Below are positions 46,738-64,000 of a stretch of DNA of 64,000 bases, in pieces. Source of the DNA: Lingula anatina (lineage: Eukaryota > Animalia > Brachiopoda); assembly GCA_051362555.1 (NCBI GenBank), contig CM120644.1:24884534-24948533 (forward strand), read 5' to 3'. Every line of letters begins with the position of its first letter. The stretch's first letter is position 1. The position numbers and the translations under genes were made by a program. The notes below the pieces were generated by a model, which had not been told where the DNA came from, did no database searches, and worked only from the letters and a program-made list of their open reading frames with translations.

Positions 46738-49700
46738 TTATTGCCGGCGGGGTACTGCACACACTTCAAACTGTGGCGGCGCATAGACCTTCTCTTGTAG
46801 ATTGGGACCTGGTTTCTCCTCGGGAAACTTCCAGTGGAAAGCGTTCACTAGAGACGCCACGAAGGTGAAGAGTTCCCGCCGCGCGATGCCCTCACCCATA
46901 CAGCTACGATCACCTGGCAAAGATACGAAGACGGATATAAATTAAGATTATCTTCATACACTAGCTTTTTTATTAGACGGTGCTTTCATGACCTTGCAAA
47001 ACTAAGGCTGAGATACGAATGCATGAAATGTACGTAGCACTAGCAACTTTTCTGCCACACTTGATATGGCCTTAGACATAATCCGTAATTTTGTCTATGA
47101 TGTGGCCAAATCCTTGTCAAGCCATAAAACGTCCAAATCTTGGACCATAGAGCTGAGCTTAAAACTCGGATAAATTGAGATCAGAAGATCTGTTGGATTT
47201 ACGTAAAGATCTTGGGATACAGGGGCGGATCCAGAGATATTTTCTGACAGTCTTCCAAATTATCTTTGTTGATCCATTCTCCATTTTTGACCGTCTTCCG
47301 ACAGAAAATATTAGATGCCCGACAATGTAAACTTGAAAATCTGACCGTCTTCCGGAAGACCCAGAAGACGACCTAAATCCGCCCCTGCGGATATGCTTTA
47401 TGTAGACAGAAGGATAACTTAATTAAGCCATAAAATATTTGTATCTCTTTTGAAAATATCAGTCAGTATTTCACATAAATTAGACAAACAGTACCTGGTG
47501 GTGGAGAGACTGGCGAGGGCTTAAGTCAGTGGGGATCTTAAGAATGAGAGAGATTTTAAAAGAAAACTTGTACATACATATTCAACTTGGAAATACAGAC
47601 AAGCTTATTTATCATTAACTGTATCTTCCTGAACCTCATATAAACACCCAAGGTCGCCGAGTGCGCGTTGTGACCTGTGCACATCTCTTCGTTTAATCAG
47701 TTCATCCTGAATACTTAAGGCGAAATGGTTTCAATATTTTAACGTCAGAGATCTGATTCTTATCAGCGTGTAGCATAAAGTATATCCTACATCGGATACA
47801 CATGATGTGTACATTTACAGCTGGAAGAAATAGAGCACAGTTATATAAAGATATTGGGGGGGGGGGAATCACAATACATTAAGCAAGTGTTGGGACGTAC
47901 GTATTGCATACATTTGCAGTAGATGGGTAGAGTTTGAGGGGTTTTCTTTTATTTCTTTCTTTCTTTAACCTGCAGTACGTCCTTAGCCCGGTTTATTACA
48001 CTCACCAGAAGCGGCATTTTACGTGAGATGGACTGTCAGTCGTTTAAGGACGTCAACTGATGGACTTCAAGTCTAAGTTAAGCTTTATAAGATTTAAAAT
48101 CTGAGCCTCGGCTACATGTGGAAATTATTGAAGCCTGGTAACATCTGATCATTATGTTTTGTATAACATTGTCTGAGAGAGCATTTTTTCTCTCCTTTTT
48201 AGCCACAAGACAGTGAACTAACTCCAATTTGTTCAGACATTCAGCAGTAGCAGCTGCAACAACAACATCAAGAAAGTTTGCTAATGAGCCAAATAAAATT
48301 GCACAAAAAAGCCATCATTTCACTACTAGACATCTATTAACGAGAACATGCGGTTTCATTCCTCCTTAATTGAAGTGAGGGCGGTCTCGTCATGATCATC
48401 TTGACAGGTGCAAAGCTATTAACAGTACCCTCCATAATGCTCACGTCTATTCAACAACCAGTATTCCCTGCAGTGTTAGCCTTCTGGAGTAAGTTAAATC
48501 AGCTGATTAACGTGATACAAGTGGGGAGCAAAATAATTACATCCAAAATATAACAGTCCTCCATAGCGGACCAATTAATCAGGTTTTCAAAATATTTACA
48601 AAAAAAAGAAAAAAAAAAAAAAAAACTCTAATCTTACCTAAACCAAAAGGCATGAAGTATTCAGGCTCCTTGACTTCTCCGCTCTCCGCCAGAAAGCGCT
48701 GCGGTCGGAATTTCATTGGCTCCGGCCACAGCTTCTCGTCCATGAAGACGGAGTTCAGGTTGACGCTGACGTAAGTGCTTTTGGGGATGACGTATCCCCT
48801 GAAGGTGACGTCACACGTGGTCGCGTGAGATGCACCAAGAGGGAACCGTCCCGTGTTTCGTCGTATCACCTCCAGTACTGTGGCCTCGGTGTACGGTAGC
48901 TGTGGACGGAGATCGTAGGACAAGGGGTTGTTCTCTAGCACCTGAAACATGATCATTGCTTTTGAGAAATTTGCCAAATAAGTTACAAATCTATTTTTCG
49001 TTAATTATTTTAACTTCAGGTTATTGCTTTCCATCAATGTATTGATGACGATAAGATCAAATTTTTGTTTAAAGAAAAACAAAAATAGACACGGATAATA
49101 TAAAAACTTGGTCCTGCTTTGGAAATGTAGAATTTTCATAACTTGGATTTGGATTGTAAGAGGGAGTACTCGAAGCTTAAACTGAGATAGCACAAATAGG
49201 GGGCCTACCTGCTGAAGTTCAGAATAAACTGTCGTCTGCACATCTTGGTGTGTGGCCAAGTAAAGAAGGCACCACTTCATCATGGTTGTTGCATTCTGGG
49301 AACCGGCCAGTATGACGTCAAGGACGACGGACATCAGCTGATCAGTATTGAAGGTGTCCGAGTGAGGCGACTGGTGGATCTTATGCATATAAGCATCTAA
49401 GAAATGGCGTGTCTTGGTGGGGTCATATGAGTCCAGTTGGGGCTTAACGATCTTCTCCACAGTCTTCAAGATCTCGTCTGCCAGTGCGTCGAAGCGTCTA
49501 GCCGACGGAAAGAACCGAGCAATCCATATGAAATTAAAAGCACCATTTGCAAGTTTTAGCGCGTCTGAAATGAGACTTAGTAACCGCTGTATGTCTTCAT
49601 TATCGAAATCATATCTCTCCCCAAAAAGCACCGAACACATGATGTTGGCAGCGGCAACGTTCATTAGTTTGGCAGGGTCAAAAGGTCGCCCGCCAAACGT

Positions 49701-49894
49701 TTGAATTCTGTCCGTTAAGTGGCGAGATTCTCGCTGGATGATGGCCTCCAGGTTTTCCTCGTACATCAGTTTTTCTGTGAACTGTCTCTGGTGGCGCCAA
49801 CAGGGGCCGTAGTCGACGCTGTGGATACCTGGGAGAGAAAAATTAAATATGTACAGAATTATGTATAAAAATAAAGCACCACTTTTCTTTCTTT

Positions 49895-49979
<85 letters not shown>

Positions 49980-51726
49980 TTGTTATCGTCATCATTATAT
50001 TTTTTGGGGGGATGGCGTATATATTACTTACATTATTTTAAAAACATGTTTGAAGGCATTGAGAACAGCGACCTCACAGATCCGTGGATAAAATATGGCG
50101 ATCGACCCACTGAAAAGCTTGCCGCTGATTCCCCGCTTGTATATGTACACTGAACATATTCCCCGCGGGGATTACTTAACAAGAATTCAAGTGAGTCTCA
50201 AATTACTATGTACATGCATCTTCTGTATTCTTTTGATGCAGTGAAAATTACAACTGCATCAACATAATAAAGAAAATACAGCGTAATTTGAGATTTCGTG
50301 AAAAGGGGCGACTAAAAGACGCACGCTTAGGCTCCTGTGGGCCATGGTAGAGAAGGGTGTGGAAGAAAAATGGAAGAAAAAGAGAGACCCCTGTCGCTAG
50401 GTGGAGTTCCTGTAGTGTCGTTAAGCAGACGATATGCTAAGTTGGGTGGCTCTAGGCTAGGTCGGCCTGACGTTACTAGAAGCAACACTACCGAACAAAA
50501 CCAGCTGTTTTTAAAACTTTGATCGAGACAGGAAATCGCGTTATAACTTGCTTTCTGGATTCTTCTGTCCTCAGCTTAATATGTTTATTGGACCGATGTC
50601 ACGTTCAATACAATGTGGTTCAAACAGTTTAATTATGCATGACCAAATTTGCTCCATAAATTGATCAATGGATTGCGTTTCCCGTCGAATTGTTTGGTAA
50701 CCTTTTCGATTTTTTCTTGTTTGGTTTAGAGTGGAGGCGGGCTGCCGTCTGCACTGTTAGGTGTGGTAAACAATGACAGCTATTTTAAACCCATTTTGTT
50801 TTTACCCACATTCATAGGACTGGGAAAATATTATTGCATAGTTAAATAGTTTTATCATTCTATCTAGAGACAATGAGAAATCTCCGTAATACAAAACTGT
50901 CATTTAACAAACTGCCATTGAACGAAATTGAATCGAATTCCTTTTCAGATGGTATTTGCCTCGAAGACATCTTTATTTGTAAGTCATAAACATGTTTTCC
51001 CTACTGGATATTTTCATATACACGACATTCCTGACATGTAACAACTCATTAGCAACAGCTAGTGATGACGCTTTGATAGGGGGATGCCCGTACGTGCATC
51101 TTTGTAGCTTGAGACAAAAGGGGTAATGTGCAATCCATGCACTGTAGTGGAGCAGTGGAAACTAGCAGCTACCAGTAATCTCACTCTTCTAAACGCCATG
51201 CGAAGTTTAATTTGGCCAGATATATTAGGGCACATGTATGTAGAATTCTAGCTCCCTGTCACCAATGAAGGTGACGCCGCGGCCCTAATTTCTTATACAC
51301 CACCAAATGACAAGCGCTTCATAAATTACTGAAGGACAGTTACTATATAGATTAATGGACGTAAAGAAATACAAATTACTGACCTTTTCCCTTGAACACT
51401 CTGTGGATAGAATACAAGTACGGCCGTCCGGAGAACTCGGACCGCCTGGTCACCAGCGCCTCTTTAATCACATCAAACCCGTTCAGAAACACAACAGGTC
51501 GACTTCCAAAGTTAGCGCTAAAAACAGGTCCGTACTCCCGCCCCCAGGTCTCTAGAGTCCCCGTAACGTCACTGCCAAGATACGGCAGCGCCCCCACGAC
51601 GGGCAAGCCCCGGGGTCCCGGGGGGAGAGGGCTGGGCGGGAACATCCACCGCCACGTGTCCCAGATGAAATTGAGCATGTTGCGGCGTGTAACAGTCACG
51701 CAGCGAAACTGTTTTGTGAGGTACAT
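46738..51726 (-). CDS. Cytochrome P450, clan-2-like, about 480 aa; exons 51726-51384, 49828-49209, 48941-48638, 46913-46738
   Basis: PPGPRGLPVVG hinge, WRHQR, EVIR (ExxR), PQRF, and heme motif PFGLGDRSCMGE spanning the last intron. Exons sum to 1443 nt in frame. A further upstream exon is possible (acceptor near 51760). Confidence 0.92.
47220..47387. mobile_element. Short MITE in P450 intron 3
   Basis: Termini CAGGGGCGGATCCAG / CTAAATCCGCCCCTG; the flanks gggata/cggata resemble a decayed TSD. Confidence 0.7.
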
Positions 51727-54700
51727 GGCTCTCGTGTGGGGAAATTTATAGTCACCACCTGGTTGAATAATTCACGCTCTGTTTCTAGAGATAAGGATGG
51801 CACTGATTAAGGATTCCTGCTGCGGTTGCCCTGGCAAGATGTCAGGGACGCTGTGACCTTCCTTGCGTGCGAATGTTAAAAGTCTACTAATATGTGGGGC
51901 GTTTTTGTTTATGAGCAACTCCACGCAGATTCGAATATGTGTATGCTGTAAAAATACGCTGGCGGTGTCTACTAGTTCTCACCGAGTTGAGAAAGAGAAC
52001 TCAAAATTGATCGAAGTTATTTCCACTTCATAATCGATCTATTTTATCTTCTCTTTATTCTCGCTTCGATGTTAATCTACTTTGGAGGCTCCAAATTATT
52101 TCTACGATTTGGCGCGCTATCTCAACTTCGCTGTCTATGAGATAGGCCTATTGTACAATTCGTGGTCGGTCCTCTGAAGTAGATAGTTTACTGCTTACTT
52201 CACTTCAGTCATATTCGAATATCTGCCGTTATGTCTTATAAAATGTCCCTTAACCACGATGGAAATTCCTTCACCTGTCGCCTGATCTGCTGTTTCACGG
52301 CTCACTGCCTATATAACAGTTTTCTCAATGAATCTTCGATCGAAAATATTGGGAAACATTGTCCACCGGAAATGGGGCAAGGAGTGGAGGGCGGATTCCA
52401 ATTTTTTAAGATCTACTCATTTTTTCTTCTTCAATGGACATTTCGTTTAATCGTTTATTTCTTAAATAAGTCATGCTAAATATAGGCCAATTCGATCAAT
52501 TAGTCGATATGTCCTTTATCAATTTTTTGTCTAACAAAAATCTTTAGCTCAGCTACAGCAGACGACAGGTGTTTTTAAGTCTCGTGACCGGAAGCGCGTG
52601 TTTACTATTGTTTACTATAACACCATGGCGATCGTATTGATCTATCGCGTAGATATCGATGTCTGGGGGGACAGAAAGTGGAATGTCATTCCATGCGTCA
52701 CATTTTAATGATGACGAGTCAATCAACAACATAATTAAAGGTAGATTAAAGAGAACTTTGGCGTTTTATTTGTGCCAAAACAAAAGCAATGGGCTTAACT
52801 GGTTTTTAATCGATCAGTAGGCCTATAAAACTACTATTCAATATTCAACATCGCAGATATTTGTATTATATAAAATTATAAAAGTAACAAAAGGGTGATT
52901 ACATGCTGAGACTACTGATAACAAAATACGACAGAGATAATATTAGTCGTGTTTTGTACATCGGGCGTAAACACCACAACTTAAATGGGCGGCGGTTAAC
53001 CAAACCGGAAGAAAATTAGTTCTAGAGTTTGATGTAATTTTCTCGGGTTATCTTAAGAAACGGTTGGGTTAAGAAGTGGTTATTATATCCTTGGCACCCC
53101 TCTACTTCCTGCGCTCATGAAATAACAGTTGAATATGTGTTTTTTCACTTTTTATCAAATTAAATGTAGCTTTTAAAACCCGTCAGCAGTTGCGCAAGAA
53201 ATAGGGGTCTACGTTTTAAGAGCAGGGGTTTGGGGAATGATCAGAAATATTTCAAAATAATTTTAAATATATTGAAATGTTTTAATATTTGACTGAAAGA
53301 TGTAACAGGACCACGCGATTTCCGAAAAAAAAAAAAAATTTTTTTTGAAAATGGACTCGCCGAGCATTGCGTTATGTCCTCTAATTGCGGATTACTGGCA
53401 GTACAAGTAAAACGTATTACCTTACCCAATAACGGATATAAAGAGGGGGGGGGGGGTCAGGGGGTCTGAAAAAACCAAACCAGTGGTCCTTTCTTGAAAT
53501 TAGAATGTTGATTAACTGAATTATAGTTCTAAACCGTAAAAAAATGGCACCGTTCGCCTCGTAAAATACTTAAGTTTTTTCAACGCCAATGGGGTGTGGA
53601 GTCGGCTTTGCACCCCCCCCCCCCCCCCCTTTTCAAATAATCCTGGATCTGCACCGAGTAGACACTTGAGTCAATTTACACCATTATGCCAGCTACAGTA
53701 ATTCACTAACTGTATTTGCTTGTGCTCTGTACAGCCATGTCTTTACTCTGGTACGCAAGCAACACTGAAAATAAAAGCGACGGGGCTTTCTTCTTTCATG
53801 ACTGACATAGTTAAAAAATGTGCCCCCCCACCACCACCAAAGAAAGACAACCACCTTCCCCCCGCCCACCTTCAGCTGCACCCATGTGCTTATAACGGGT
53901 GGGTATACGGAGATTAACATTTGTCTTAAAAATTGAGCGCCACATCCGAATGCATTGCTCGGGGATATTGCCAAAGTCCGTTCTTCCGTTTATTGTTATA
54001 TCATTAGAATTATACCAGAGATTAATAGAGGAAAAACGTGGGAGATACTCGTAGTGGCAAAGATGTTTAGGCGTCTTGGTGTCAATGATAACTTCCACCC
54101 CCAGTTATTTCCTTGGTGCGGTTTACACAGGTCGCGGACAAGACAGGTCTCATTCAACCTCGTCTTTATCAGTGTATATAGGTGGGAAACACGCTTAAAA
54201 ATAGTAATTTGTATTCATTGGTATAACCTCGCTTCATGCATGGTCTGCTTGCAATTGTTTGGCAACATAGAGGTCACACACGTGAACCATCCTCGGCGTG
54301 ACTTATACTACCACAGAATCAAGATTTCGCGAGACTTCGCGGGGTGTGAGATCGTATATAAAGGTAGCTTAAAACATGTGACAGCATTCACCCACGGATA
54401 TTTTTTCTGGTTACTTTCCTATAGGATCTGTCAAATTGCTGTCTTCTGCACAACAGTAGAATCCGACTGGTTTGCGTGCAGACGAGACGAAAATCACTGT
54501 GACCAAAATAGGTCGACTTAATCACTGTACAGTACGTGGCAGGTATAATTTAGTTCAACTTCATGGTGCCAATTTTGTTCAGGGTGCCCCAGGCCGCCTA
54601 CCCCCGCCACTCAGGTGTGTTTACCTATGCCCTGTCCTCCTACACATATCATCACGTATTATAATGCTAATCATTTCACAAATTCCGGTCTTTTACAAGG

Positions 54701-55351
54701 TCTAACTTCATTTTTACATAAGTATTTATTTCAATTCATGAAAACCGCAATATCCACCCCGCATTTTTCAATGCTTGAAGCTGGGTAAATTATTAACCAC
54801 CGCGATATTCACACCGCCTTTTTTAATGTTAGAAGTCGGGTTGTTATTTTCCTTTTATAAAGGCGGATGTTGCCCTTCCCGACTTTCTGAACCTTTTAAA
54901 ACATTAAATCCTACATCCATCATCAGAGCAGGAGTATTTCTCAATGCCCTAAGTCCAGGAAAACAGTTCCACATCCAGTCTTTCACCGCAAGTGTCTCTC
55001 CTCAAAAAATGTCCCTTTGCTTAATTTATCACATCCTTAGAAAATCAGATTTTCTGGTTTTCCCTTTTTAATTGCACTAATATAAGGTTTCCTTTCAACA
55101 GATACAAATCTTTTCTTTATTAAGTTTAGTATCAGTGCGGCGCTGAATGGCTGCAGTGATAGTCAATAATTATATCCAATAAAACGCTGTATACATCGTT
55201 TACTAGACAACGAAAACAACAGCTGTTCAGTCTTCACTTTGTTAGATTTCACAAAATAACTGAAATATTTTACAGAATATTAACTTAAACAACGCCCTTG
55301 AGTTCGTCTTGATAATCATGTTTTCAAAATTTCCTCCTAATTTTAAAGCCG

Positions 55352-63360
<8,009 letters not shown>

Positions 63361-63476
63361 CTGATAAAACAAGGACATCAATAAGATAATTATCAACATG
63401 TTTGTAGACTGGAGAGAATGACTCCAGGAAAATATGACCGTCTGGTGCCTGATAAAACAAGGACATCAATAAGATA

Positions 63477-64000
63477 ACTAGAGGATCAGAGAGGCGATAC
63501 CGCCTCCGAATATTGTACCACCAGCTGGAGCAAGCGCATTCGTATAGACCCCCACATACGCAAAATAAGGGACACAGCCACTAGTCTTATGCTTGACAAA
63601 TTGTAAAAATGCAATCAACAAGAATTTTCAAAATACGCAAAAAAAATATATATATAACTTAAAATGGTACAATCAAAGTTAAGTTCATTGTAAGGTAGGT
63701 CAAAGGTCAATTTCAAGGTCACAGTAAATTTCCAGTATATGACTTCCTATTCAACTTCAATAGTAACTATGGACCTATCTCTGCCAGGTTTGGAGTTAAA
63801 AGAGAAAGAAATTAGCAGAGTTCAGTTCATGATTATAAGTAGGTCAAAGGTCAATTTCAAGGTCACACTTAGATTGCCAATATATGACTTCCTATTCAAG
63901 TTCAATAGTAACTATGGACCTATCTCTGCCAGTTTTGGAGATAAAAGGGAACCAAAATTTGCAAAGTTCAATTCATGATAAAAAGTAGGTCAAAGGTCAA
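63477..64000. repeat. Intronic element with tandem repeats of about 145 bp (possibly Helitron/Helentron-derived), truncated by the window end
   Basis: gtaggtcaaaggtcaa recurs at 63695, 63839 and 63985, with shared tatgacttcctattcaa and tagtaactatggacctatctctgcca blocks. The family assignment is tentative. Confidence 0.65.

Noticed and set aside
53693-54705. Cluster of ORFs up to 188 aa between the P450 and XPB
   Set aside because: No recognisable motif, convincing start or splice structure on either strand.

Overview
AT-rich, intron-containing animal genomic DNA (probably an invertebrate; the taxon cannot be fixed from the sequence alone). Intact-looking host genes: an intronless RING-B-box-coiled-coil-NHL TRIM gene (7296-9500, -); a tandem pair of three-exon zinc deaminases resembling bacterial GuaD and plant guanosine deaminase (30263-31191 and 31985-34055, +), each near an identical tRNA-Ala(UGC) gene on the - strand; a four-exon clan-2-like cytochrome P450 with a non-canonical I-helix (46738-51726, -); and most of XPB/ERCC3 (55352 to beyond the window, -). 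About half the window is mobile DNA. It includes a decayed Zator-like transposase, a young Bel/Pao LTR element whose single ORF lacks the RT core in frame, a split RTEX-like LINE, a 185-bp-repeat foldback element and a four-level nest (Tc1 foldback > ISL2EU > EnSpm-like > Penelope with a hammerhead motif). The best candidates for something undescribed are the deaminase/tRNA-Ala locus, repeated tandem duplications of 3' splice junctions in the host genes, and the P450 lacking the acid-alcohol pair. Coordinates and alignments were read by eye; family assignments come from recalled motifs, not database searches.
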